Positions 1 through 9,100 of a stretch of DNA of 31,688 nt are shown one piece after another. Both the position numbers and the translations under genes were made by a program. The DNA is taken from assembly GCF_051058965.1 (NCBI RefSeq), contig NZ_CP183924.1. One strand, written 5' to 3'. Origin of the DNA: Corallococcus exiguus. Its GTDB lineage: Bacteria > Myxococcota > Myxococcia > Myxococcales > Myxococcaceae. Under the pieces are notes generated by a model. The model saw only the letters and a program-made list of their open reading frames with translations. It made no database searches and was not told the DNA's origin. Within the stretch, counting starts at the first letter, position 1. Each line of letters opens with the position of its first letter.

Positions 1-315
1 GGGTACACCGCCCGTGGCATTGGGGTGTCTCACGCCGATCTTTGGAATCCCCTGTGAGTTCGCGTAGCCCAGCTCGTAGTCAATCCATGGGCTGTTGTGC
101 GCTACGTCGCCGACCACGACGATCAACCCCCTGCAGGGTCCCATGATTCGCTGTATTTCTGCTTTGATGGCGGAAGGACCTCCTGCGGAGGCGTCGTTCT
201 CCACGACGGTTGGCGTGGCCTCGACGCGGCCCCCAAGGCCTGCGAAGAGATTGCGCATGTCGTTCTGGTAGCCCTTCTCCTGGAAGTTGAAACTGATGAA
301 GACCCTCTTCGCCAT
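1..315 (-). CDS. TIR-like (DUF1863 / ThsB-type) domain protein, 5' part only; the gene runs off the window start
   Basis: Reverse complement of 1..315 reads from an ATG (complement of 313..315) as MAKRVFISFNFQEKGYQNDMRNLFAG...RGLIVVVGDVAHNSPWIDYELGYANSQGIPKIGV with no stop. The VFISF start strand and the SPW..YELGYA motif are characteristic of the DUF1863/TIR-like flavodoxin fold. It is missing from the ORF track only because it is truncated by the window edge. Confidence 0.7.
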   Translation of the reverse strand, partial: MAKRVFISFNFQEKGYQNDMRNLFAGLGGRVEATPTVVENDASAGGPSAIKAEIQRIMGPCRGLIVVVGDVAHNSPWIDYELGYANSQGIPKIGVRHPNATGGVP

Positions 316-439
316 ATGCGCTCCATGTGGTGACCGTTTGCCCCGCAGTGCACCACTCTATCCAGGTTGGCTTCGCCCCTGGTGACGGCTCCAGGGCTGG
401 CGCATGATTTCCATCAAACCCGTGGCAAGCCGGAGCGCT

Positions 440-1414
440 TCAGTTCCCCAGGGGCCCGATGAGGCGTTGCCAGAGATACTCGGCGGCCTCCTCGGCCGTC
501 AGGTGCGAAGGATCGAGGGAGCGGGTGCCGGCAGGACTCGTGGCCCCCAGATGCATCAACGCCTTCAGATGAAGCCCTTCCGAACTGTCCTCGGCCACGA
601 GCACGTCGTTGTATGCGGAGTCCTGGTCAAAACTGAACCCCAGGTCCGCGTAGTACGCGATCTGTGGATTTCGCCCCAGGTCCCTGGTCAACCAGATCTT
701 GGCCTGGCAACGAAGCTTGCCGTCGACGTACACCTGAGCAATGAACTTCGTCTCGTTGACCTTCTGGAGCTCGGTCTCGATGCGCGCGTCAACTTGACGG
801 AGGCCTTCCATCCATTGCGTGAACCTGAGTTGGATGGTTCCGAAGCTGCCCTTCGTGAACCGCTGCACCTCCAGGTCATTCGCTTTCCTCGGCAGCCTGG
901 GAAGATAGGGCGCCGAAACGGGTGCCTGCTGGCGCGCAGTCCCTGGGAAACTGGGATGGCTCGACCCGCTTCTGGGTGATGCCCTGCCGGGGAATGGTGG
1001 CGGCATCGCCGGCTTCGCACGCTGCACATTCAGCCCGTCAAGCAGGCCCTGCCGCGCCGCACCCTCATCATTTCCGACCAGGTCGATGAAGGTGATGGCC
1101 TTCAACAGGCCCGGCGGCGAACAGGGCTCGACACGCACCGGTACTACCTTGTGCTGGAGCCCTGCCGGGTCCTCCGCGAATACCGCCGCCCACTCAGTGC
1201 TCGCAAAGTCCGAACGCGCGAAGGCCTCCGAGAGGACAAGAAGGATGCGTCGGCACTGCTGAACGGCTTGGTGCATCTTGAGGACGAAGTTCGAACCGGG
1301 CCGGAAGTCCCATGCCTGAAACTCGACGGAGAAGCCAGCCTCCTCGAGCGCCCAGGCCATCCACTCCGCCCAGGCCTTGTCCGTCCCGGTGTAGCTGATG
1401 AAAAAGTCCTTCAT
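440..1414 (-). CDS. TIR domain protein with an uncharacterised C-terminal domain of about 180 aa
   Basis: 324-aa ORF with an ATG start. The N-terminus MKDFFISYTGTDKAWAEWMAWALEEAGFSVEF...ILLVLSEAFARSDFASTEWAAVF is a textbook bacterial TIR (FISY..D..WA.W, LVLSE..S.W). The C-terminal half (EVQRFTKGSFGTIQLRF...DVLVAEDSSEGLHLK) matches no family I recognise. Confidence 0.85.
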   Translation of the reverse strand: MKDFFISYTGTDKAWAEWMAWALEEAGFSVEFQAWDFRPGSNFVLKMHQAVQQCRRILLVLSEAFARSDFASTEWAAVFAEDPAGLQHKVVPVRVEPCSPPGLLKAITFIDLVGNDEGAARQGLLDGLNVQRAKPAMPPPFPGRASPRSGSSHPSFPGTARQQAPVSAPYLPRLPRKANDLEVQRFTKGSFGTIQLRFTQWMEGLRQVDARIETELQKVNETKFIAQVYVDGKLRCQAKIWLTRDLGRNPQIAYYADLGFSFDQDSAYNDVLVAEDSSEGLHLKALMHLGATSPAGTRSLDPSHLTAEEAAEYLWQRLIGPLGN

Positions 1415-1462
1415 GATCCCTTGGTGACCCCTCAGAAAAGCGATTGGCCGGAAACACCCACA

Positions 1463-2407
1463 CTACTTGGACGAGAAGGGGTCCTCGGGGAATGAGCGCC
1501 CCGCCACGGTGACGCTGAAGTCTCCTCCCTGGGCGGGGTCCATCCAGTCATCGAGGTTCGTGTCCACCTCGCATCCCGCCTGCATGAGTTTCTTGCGAAG
1601 CGTGCGCCTTGAGTCGATGCCATTGGTGAGGCGGATGTGGAGGATGCCGTCCAGGTCGGACGGCAGCTCGACATTTCCCACGGTAACCATGATTGTGCCA
1701 TCGCGGTTCAGCCCCATGGCCATCCCTGCCTCGTAGATGACATTGGGCCGTGGCTGCCAACGCCGGATGTTCCGCTCCGACTCGGCGGCTTCACGCCGTT
1801 CGGGGACGAGGCATGCGAATTCGTCCGGGGTCAGCAGGGCGATGACGGCACGGGTCTTCGATACCCCGCGGGCGACAATCTCCACAATGGGGGTGTTGGA
1901 AATCGATTCGTGAAACTCGTCCACGAACGTCCAAGCCTGGAGGCCCAGGCCCTTCAGGAAGTGCCTCAGTTCCTGCAGGGGGGCTCTATCCCTGCCATGA
2001 ATGATGAAGACCTTCTTGCCATCCTTCTGCGGGAGCGCCACCGGAACCACGGGCTCTGGCTTCGACAGGGGCTCCAAGGCGCCGGGGCCCTTCGGCTCCG
2101 GCTCGCTCTCGTCCTCCCCCAGTTCCAGGATCCGCTCGATGAACGGCGCCCTTTCGCGGCCACGATCGTCCAGATCGAGCGCGATGCAGACGGCCTTCAG
2201 TTCGTCGCGAGAGAGCATCTCAAGGACGTCGGCGAAGTCGACCGACCTGGAGCGGACGATGGCGGCGACGTGCTGCTCGTAGATGCGGCGATCTTCCACG
2301 GGCAGGCCGAACTCGTCCGTAATCTCAGAGAGTCGCTCCCGGCTGAGTTCCTGAAGAGCGGCCCTTCGTACTGCTGGAGGAAGCCGGCGTTTACCTTTCA
2401 AGGTCAT
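1463..2407 (-). CDS. CAP12/Pycsar-type TIR-like nucleotide-binding protein (COG4271 / PF10137-like) with an N-terminal helical domain
   Basis: 314-aa ORF with ATG at 2407, preceded by GGAGG. The C-terminal half KKVFIIHGRDRAPLQELRHFLKGLGL...RPNVIYEAGMAMG matches the 'KVFIVHGhD ... RpNVifElGy' signature of the TIR-like nucleotide-binding family. The N-terminal 120 aa end in LSRDELKAVCIALDLDDRGRERAPFIERILEL, which resembles a SAP/Rho_N-type helix-extended-helix motif; that assignment is inference. Confidence 0.75.
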   Translation of the reverse strand: MTLKGKRRLPPAVRRAALQELSRERLSEITDEFGLPVEDRRIYEQHVAAIVRSRSVDFADVLEMLSRDELKAVCIALDLDDRGRERAPFIERILELGEDESEPEPKGPGALEPLSKPEPVVPVALPQKDGKKVFIIHGRDRAPLQELRHFLKGLGLQAWTFVDEFHESISNTPIVEIVARGVSKTRAVIALLTPDEFACLVPERREAAESERNIRRWQPRPNVIYEAGMAMGLNRDGTIMVTVGNVELPSDLDGILHIRLTNGIDSRRTLRKKLMQAGCEVDTNLDDWMDPAQGGDFSVTVAGRSFPEDPFSSK

Positions 2408-2651
2408 TACCTCCGGACGCTACCAGAGGCTTTTGGCGGGGCGCACGTTCTCCACGCGGGGGCAGGGCCGCCCGGGGCGTCCAGGAACGCCGCCTACCCC
2501 GCCGGATTCCGAAGCACGTGACTATGAATCCGTCCTCGCCCGGCGAGTCGCAAGGAACTGGAGGGCGCAGCTGCTATCGGTCCTTCAGCGAGCATGGAAA
2601 CGAGTGGTCGGATAGTCTTCCCGGGCAACCAGGTCGGATGGAGGGGCTGGC
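2408..2651. promoter_or_regulatory. Divergent intergenic region between the minus-strand TIR operon and the plus-strand MBL-CHAT-STAND-TIR operon; presumed bidirectional promoters
   Basis: 244 bp without credible coding, flanked by divergently oriented gene starts, each with a Shine-Dalgarno-like GGAGG. I did not identify specific -35/-10 boxes. Confidence 0.35.
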
Positions 2652-3734
2652 ATGTTTCGAATCGAGATGCTTCCGGCGCACCACGGGGACTGCCTGCTGC
2701 TGAGCTACGGGGAGGAGGCCCGCCCCCGGCGCATCCTCATCGACGGCGGAACCCCGTCCTCCCTGCCCCTGCTGCGCAAGCGCCTCGAGCGGATTCCCGC
2801 TGGCGAGCGGCACTTCGAGCTCCTCGTCATCACCCACATCGACGACGACCACATCGGCGGCGTCCTGAAGCTGCTCCAGCAAACCGACCTGGGCATCACG
2901 TGGGGCGACGTCTGGTTCAATGGGTGGAAGCACCTCATTCCCCAGGCACCGGTCCCCAAGCTGCGAGGCTGGCTCAGTGCCAGGCAGGGCGAGGACCTGT
3001 CCGAGCTGCTCGTGCGGCTGGACCTCCCGTGGAACAAGGCCTTCGATGAGGCCACGATTGTCATCCCCGACAGCGGGCCGCTGCCCGTGCTTGAGCTGCC
3101 CGGCAAGCTCCGGCTGACCCTGCTCTCGCCCACCCGCGAGCGGCTGGAAAAGCTGGACCGGGAGTGGACCGACACCCTCATGCGCCAGGGCATCATCCCG
3201 GGCGAGGCCGCGGCTCAGGCCCGGCCCACGCGGCGCTGGCTGGGCGGCGATATCGAACTGGCGGGGTATGACCTGAAGACGTTCCGCTCGGACACCTCGG
3301 TGGCCAACGGCAGCAGCATCGCGCTGCTGGCGGAGTACGAGGGCCGCCGCTGCCTGCTCACGGGAGATGCCTTCGCCCCCGTCCTGGCCGCGAGCCTCCA
3401 GCGCCACCCCGCTTTCGATGAGCGCACCGGCAAGCTGGCGGTGGACGCCACCAAGCTGCCCCATCATGGCAGCAGCGCGAATATCAGCCCCGACCTGCTC
3501 GGCCTGCTCTCCTGCGGCCGTTACCTCATCTCGACGAATGGTGACGTGTTCGAGCACCCGGACGTCGAGGCCGTGGGGCGAGTCATCACCCAGGGCGGGT
3601 CCTCAGCCGAGCTGTTCTTCAACTACCGCGCTGAGACCACCCGGGTCTGGGAGCGGGCCTCGATGCAGCGCAGGTATGGGTACCGGGCACGCTACCCGGA
3701 CGATGCTGACTCCGGCATCGTGCTCGACCTCTGA
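2652..3734 (+). CDS. MBL-fold metallo-hydrolase (ComEC-type H-x-D-x-D-H variant motif), putative nuclease or hydrolase effector
   Basis: 360-aa ORF with GGAGG 8 nt upstream of the ATG. MLPAHHGDCLLLSY...ILIDGG...LLVITHIDDDHIGGV is the beta-lactamase-fold N-terminal sheet plus metal-binding motif 2. Here that motif reads HIDDDH, not the canonical HxHxDH. Its stop lies 15 nt before the CHAT start. Confidence 0.85.
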   Translation: MFRIEMLPAHHGDCLLLSYGEEARPRRILIDGGTPSSLPLLRKRLERIPAGERHFELLVITHIDDDHIGGVLKLLQQTDLGITWGDVWFNGWKHLIPQAPVPKLRGWLSARQGEDLSELLVRLDLPWNKAFDEATIVIPDSGPLPVLELPGKLRLTLLSPTRERLEKLDREWTDTLMRQGIIPGEAAAQARPTRRWLGGDIELAGYDLKTFRSDTSVANGSSIALLAEYEGRRCLLTGDAFAPVLAASLQRHPAFDERTGKLAVDATKLPHHGSSANISPDLLGLLSCGRYLISTNGDVFEHPDVEAVGRVITQGGSSAELFFNYRAETTRVWERASMQRRYGYRARYPDDADSGIVLDL

Positions 3735-3749
3735 CCCCAGCCGTCCCTG

Positions 3750-5735
3750 GTGAGGCCCATGCGAACCCTGCGCACCATCACGCTCGAGTTGCTCCGGCAC
3801 GGTCCCCCGCACAACCAACTCCTCTCCCCGCTCACACCCTACCTCGCGCTGTGCGGCGGCCACGGCGCGCAGACGCTCTATCTGCCTTTCGAGCACCGGG
3901 AGTTCCAGCTCCGCCTGCGCACGCTTCGCTCCATCGCGGCGACCGCCGACGCGGATGAGTCCCGTCGCGCCTACCTGTGCGAGGTGGGCCAGCGACTCTC
4001 CGAGCTCATGGGGGGCATCCCCGGCCTCATCGCGGGCCTGGGCGTGGAACCCCGGGAGCCGGAGGGGCTGATCCACCTGCAGCTCGTCACCTCCGCGGCG
4101 GAGCTGGCCCTGCTGCCCTTCGAAGCGGTGCTCTCCCCCAAGGGGGCGCCCGGGGAGGGCCAGCCCCTGGCACTGCAGACGGACCTGCCCGTGAGCATCA
4201 CGCGGCAGGTGCGGCGCCCCACTTCCGAGAGCGTGCCCTGGCCCACGCGGCCGCGAATCCTGTTCGCCATCGCCGCGCCGGACGGCCTGGAGGTCCCAGC
4301 GGAGCAGCACGAGAAGGCACTGCGCGAGGCCATCGCCCCCTGGGTGTGGCCTTCCGGGGAGGGCTCCGCCGGGGACAACTCGGGCGAGCTGCTGACAGTG
4401 TTGCGGAACGCGAGCCTGGAAAAGCTGCGCAAGGCGTGCGAGGAGCGGGAGTATACCCACGTGCACCTGCTGGCCCACGGCAAGCCCCTGCCGGGCCTCT
4501 GGAATGAACGCTTCGGCCTCATCCTCCACGACGACGCGCAATCCCAGAACGAGCGCGTCGTCCCAGGAGAGCTGCTGGCCACGGCGCTGCGTGGCCACAC
4601 CCGAGGCGTGAAGGGACGGCTGTCCCACCCCTCGGTTGTCACCATCGCGAGCTGCGACAGCGCGAACCGGGGCTCTGTCATCGAGCCTGCGGGCAGCCTC
4701 GCCCACGCACTGCATGAAGCCGGCATTCCCTTCGTCATCGCCTCGCAGAACCCACTCACCGATAACGGTTCGGTGGTGATGACGAGCGCGCTCTACACCC
4801 AGCTCCTCTGGGGAGCGGACCCCCGCGTCGTGCTACACGACGTCCGGCAGCAACTGCGGTTGCACGACGAGCCCGTGCACGACTGGGCGAGCCTGGTCGC
4901 CTACGCCGCCTTCCCTGCGGACTTCGACGCGCAACTGCGGCGCACGCGCATTCAGAGTGCCATCGACGCAGTGAAGGCCACGCTGAGTCGCGGAGAACGC
5001 AGCCTCTCTGGCGGCGCGGCTTCTCCCGAGGTCCTCCAGCAGGCGCGGGAGGATCTGGAGCAGACCAAGCAGCGGCTCGAAGCCGCAAGCCCCACCGGGA
5101 GCGATGCGAACGCGCACGAGCTCCGGGCGGAAATCCAGGGGCTGTGTGGAAGCATTGACAAGCAGCTCGCCCAATTCCTCGACCGGGGCCTCCCCTCGGA
5201 GCCCGGAGGCTCATCCGAGGCGGAGCGCAAGGCGCTGCTCGCGCGGGCGAAGGCGCATTACTGGCGCGGCCTCCTGGAGAGTCCCAGCTCGCACTGGCAG
5301 GCCACCCAGTACCTCGCCCTCTGCGGGGTGCTGGAGGGCAGCATCCCCAGGGAGCAGTATGCGTATGCCTGCCAGGTGGCGAGGTTTCCGCGAGACACCG
5401 GCACGTTGAACGAACGTATCTGGGCGCTCAGCAGCCTCGCGGAGCTCAAGCTTCTGAGTGCCCTACTGCCCGGAGCGGATCCCCGGAAGGCGGTACGGCG
5501 GGCGAAGCGCTACGTCCGGAAGCTGCTGCGGGCCTCGACGCCGGGCTCCTTCGAGGTGGTCTCCACGCGCCGCCAGTTCGAGCATTACACGACGTGGTGG
5601 AAGTCGTGGTGCCCGCGGCTCGCGGAGCCGGCCATGCAGATCCTGGAGGAGTTCCAGCAAGTCACCGAACCGCCCCCGGCCGCACAGGATGCGGGACCGG
5701 AGGTGCCTCCCGAGGAGCGCAAGCCCCGCACCTGA
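3750..5735 (+). CDS. CHAT domain (caspase-like) protease with a C-terminal helical/TPR-like region
   Basis: 661-aa ORF. ELALLPFEAV, then the histidine block YTHVHLLAHGKP (about 4458..4481), then the cysteine block VVTIASCDSANRG (about 4650..4658). These give the His/Cys dyad in the order and spacing typical of CHAT. The C-terminal 250 aa are helical (AKAHYWRGLLESPSSHWQATQYLALCG). Confidence 0.85.
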   Translation: MRPMRTLRTITLELLRHGPPHNQLLSPLTPYLALCGGHGAQTLYLPFEHREFQLRLRTLRSIAATADADESRRAYLCEVGQRLSELMGGIPGLIAGLGVEPREPEGLIHLQLVTSAAELALLPFEAVLSPKGAPGEGQPLALQTDLPVSITRQVRRPTSESVPWPTRPRILFAIAAPDGLEVPAEQHEKALREAIAPWVWPSGEGSAGDNSGELLTVLRNASLEKLRKACEEREYTHVHLLAHGKPLPGLWNERFGLILHDDAQSQNERVVPGELLATALRGHTRGVKGRLSHPSVVTIASCDSANRGSVIEPAGSLAHALHEAGIPFVIASQNPLTDNGSVVMTSALYTQLLWGADPRVVLHDVRQQLRLHDEPVHDWASLVAYAAFPADFDAQLRRTRIQSAIDAVKATLSRGERSLSGGAASPEVLQQAREDLEQTKQRLEAASPTGSDANAHELRAEIQGLCGSIDKQLAQFLDRGLPSEPGGSSEAERKALLARAKAHYWRGLLESPSSHWQATQYLALCGVLEGSIPREQYAYACQVARFPRDTGTLNERIWALSSLAELKLLSALLPGADPRKAVRRAKRYVRKLLRASTPGSFEVVSTRRQFEHYTTWWKSWCPRLAEPAMQILEEFQQVTEPPPAAQDAGPEVPPEERKPRT

Positions 5736-5832
5736 AGCGGGCACCGCGCGGGGAGCTGGGAAAACTCCGACGTGCCTGCGGCCGGCAGGGCCACGACGAG
5801 GGCCATGAGGGCATCATCCTTCCGCCCCTGGC

Positions 5833-6063
5833 GGACATGAGCGCGTCCATCAGCGCCGTGGGCGAGTGCTCCCCGTCATCCAGGGGGGAGGAGTCGAGGA
5901 AGGCCAGACCCGAATCGCCACCGAGTGCTTGGTGCAGGGCTTCAGCCTGTGGACGGCTCGCATCTCGCGCGTAGGAGATGAAGACGGAATGGAAGCGCGG
6001 AGGGGTCACTTCCGATGGATGTCCCACCTCACTCCTTGAATCCAGCGGAACCTGGGTGGCCAT
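5833..6063 (-). pseudogene. TIR domain remnant (N-terminal ~55 aa of a TIR fold only, degenerate afterwards)
   Basis: Minus-strand ORF 5662..6063 contains RFHSVFISYARDASRPQAEALHQALGGDSGLAFLDSSPLDDGEHSPTALMDALMSAR. This gives the start strand FISYARD, alphaA, and a FLD...L..GE loop of a TIR, but then degenerates into RMMPSWPSSWPCRPQARR and runs into the 3' end of the CHAT gene. I read it as a truncated or frameshifted TIR gene fragment. Confidence 0.4.
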
Positions 6064-6154
6064 ATTGAACCCACCGGCCAGCCAGGTTCAACAAGGCACT
6101 GGCATGCATTCCGCTCGCGGAATGCGCGTCAGCCCCGAAGGATATTCCGCCCCC

Positions 6155-9100
6155 ATGGACACCGACAGAAAGACCCTTTTCCTCAGCGGAACGCGTCGGG
6201 ACCTGAAGCCCTTCTTCCTGGCCGCGAAGCGGGCCTTCGAGGAAGAACTGCCTGGCTATCAGGTGGTGACGATGGAGAGCCTGACTTCGGAGGACATCAC
6301 CAGCGAACGGTGGAGCCACCGCGAGGCCGCCACACGAGACCTGTTCGTCGGGCTCATTGGCCGGTATTTTGGCACCATCCGGGGAGAAGGCCCCTCGCTG
6401 ACAGAGCAGGAGTACGACGCAGCCGGGCGTGCTGGCGTCCACCGGCTGATGTTCCTGACGAATGCAGGCGAACCGGACGTCATCGCAAGCCAGGACGACA
6501 GTGCCCGGCGCCGGCTGGAGGAGTTCCGTGCGCGGATCCAGACCATCGTCTGCAAGGAGATCTCCACTCCCGAAGAGTTCGCCACCTCAGCCGTTCAGGC
6601 GGTCCGGGAGTGGGAACGCCGGACCCTGCACGGGCTGCTGATGTCGGCGAAGGAGTTCGCCAACTCTCCCGAGTTCTCCTCCCCAGACAGCCTGATGAGC
6701 CATGCCCATGCCTACATTGATCCGGGCGCGCCGGGGCGGGCCGTGGAGGAGTTCCTCGCCTCCCAGCAGCGCATCCTGGTGCTGCATGGCGCCTGGGGGC
6801 GCGGCAAGTCGCGAGTGCTGTTCGAGAGCAGCCGACGCGAACTTCCCATGGAGCTGAGATTCTTGAAGCGGGACGAGGAGCTCTCACATCAGCGGCTCAA
6901 GGGAGTGTCTGGCGAGCGCTATGCGCTGGTGGTGGATGATGTGCACCAGCGCTCCAACGACCAACTGAGCGCCCTGCTGCTCTTCCTCCAGAACCGGGCT
7001 CCGGAGGTGAAGCTCATTGTCACGACGCGAACGAACCGGCGGCAGGAGTTCGAGGAACGGCTTCGCGGGCAACGCTTCGCCTCCAGAGTGATCCGCCGTT
7101 TCGAGGTTCCTCTGCTGAGCGACAAGGAACAGCGGCAACTCATCCAGGCCATCCTGGGTCGCAAGGACGAAGAGCTCGCCTACAGGCTGGCGAAGCGCAC
7201 CCGAGGAAACGCGCTGGCCACGGTTCTCGCGGCCCGGAGCATCCGGAATGGGGCAAAAGTCCTCGGTGAGATCGAAGGTGAGGACTTCGAGGATTCCATC
7301 ATCGAAGGCTTCTTCGGCCTCCTGCTTCAGCAGGCTGGAAATAGTGAGGATCGACACCAGCATCTCAAGCAGCTCATGAAGCTGCTCGCCGTCGTGGGAC
7401 CGTTCCGCCCCGGCAACGCGGAGCAGATGGACGCCCTGACCGGGTTCCTGAAAACTCATCCGGATCGCCTGTCCAACGACCTTGATGCACTTGAGGTCGC
7501 AGGGCTCATCTCCCGGCACGGTGGGCTGGTTCGCGTCCCCGTGGATGCCGTCGCCGAGCACCTCGTGGTTGACGCCGCGGTGAACTCACGTGGCGAGTCG
7601 ACGCGCTACATCGAGCGGGTCATGAACGAGCTCGCCCGTCCCTTCCTGGGAAACATCCTCCGCAATCTCGCGGCGGCGGACTGGGACGTGGCGTCCCCCA
7701 AGAGCGTTGCGAGCGTGACGCGTGGGGTGTGGCACGTCCTCCCGACGCTGTTCGAGCGCCTGCCCTACGTGCAGCAGGAAGGCATGCTCGAGGCCGTGGC
7801 GGACATCGCACCGCGGTACCCGCCCGCCGCCCTGAGCTTCGCGGAGTGGGTCGTCGAATCGGGACCGCACCTGATGGCGCGAGAGGGGCCCTACCTGGAC
7901 TTGATGAGGAGCATCGTGCGGCGCCATGTCACCCGGCTGCTCAGAAGCGTGCTCAACGAGCCGTTGTGCGTATCACGGGCGTGCGACCTGCTGTGGAAGT
8001 GGGCGGAGCCCGAGTCCCCCGACAGCAATGGGTGGCCGGAGAACGCGGAGCACATCCTGTCGGAGGCGGGCAAGTACCGGTGGACGAGATCCATTCCGTC
8101 ATATGAGGCATTCGTTACCTGGGCTGCGTCGCGCGGTGACGGCGAGCGGAGGATCCCGACTCCTCGGCTGGCGAAGTACCTGCGACCGCTTCTCCACCAC
8201 GAAGTGGAGCACAGTTGGTCAGACGGTGAGACCTTCACGCTCTCGGAGATGGGCCTGCCGTATGCGCCTTTCTCCGCACTGCGGAAGCGTGTGATCGACC
8301 TGCTCATTCACCTCGCCAGCGAGGGTGGAATCGAGGACACCCATCGAGCACTAGTGGCGCTGGGGGATGCGCTTTCGGAGCCACGGGGCGCCTTCGGCAG
8401 GAAGGTCACAGACGAAGAACGGAGTGCGTGGGCTCCGGAGCAGCAGTACGTTCTGGAACGGTTGAGAACATTCCGTGGCAAACGGCGTAATCGTGTCGTC
8501 GACCTGTGCATCGTGGAGGAGATCGAGTGGTTGGCGAAACATGCCTCGGTGTCCTCCATTCGCGCCCTCGCGTGGGACTTCCTCAATGAACTCCAAGAGG
8601 CACTGACCGGCACGCTCGAACTGGCACTCGTCGCGAGATGGAAGCTGGGCGAAACGCAGGAGGTAGGCGCCAGGAGGATTGAGGGCCTTGTCCGCGCAGC
8701 GGCCCAGCAACTCATTGAACCTCTTGTGCCTCCCCAGGAGGCGCTGGAAGAGCTGAGAAGGGTTTCCCTGGAGCTCGTCCAGGCAGGAAAAAATCCAAGA
8801 GTCGTCAACCTCTTCGAGGCAGTCGCACGGACAAGCCCGGAGCATGGAGGCATCTGGAGCCGAGTGCTGCTGAGCCAGCCCGGGCACCTCCTCCGGCCCT
8901 ACGCTCACGTGCTTGCCCGAGGCCTCCTGCGTCCCTCTCCCGAGGAAGGAAAGGCGCTCTTCGTCAGCATCCTCGATGATGGAAGCGCGGACCTGCTACG
9001 AAACCTCAGCCTTTGGAGGCTCGGTGGCGACGTCTTCGATGAGAAGACCCTCGCCGTCCATCTGAACCGGCTCATGCGTCACCCGGATGCCCGTGTGCGT

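Noticed and set aside
404-1029. ORFs of 191 aa (+) and 113 aa (-) overlapping the 440..1414 TIR gene
   Set aside because: Alternative-frame or antisense artefacts within a well-supported TIR CDS.
3603-4759. Long minus-strand ORFs (370 aa and 262 aa) antisense to the CHAT gene
   Set aside because: They are Arg/Pro/Gly-rich with no motifs, and they lie wholly inside a well-supported CHAT CDS. This is the typical high-GC antisense open frame.
5978-6154. Upstream ATG (5978) of the STAND ATPase ORF, which has GGAG immediately abutting it
   Set aside because: There is no SD spacing. The 59 extra residues match no domain and overlap the antisense TIR remnant. The DUF4062 domain starts exactly at the ATG at 6155, which has a properly spaced AAGGA. 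I therefore prefer the downstream start, though the true start is not certain.
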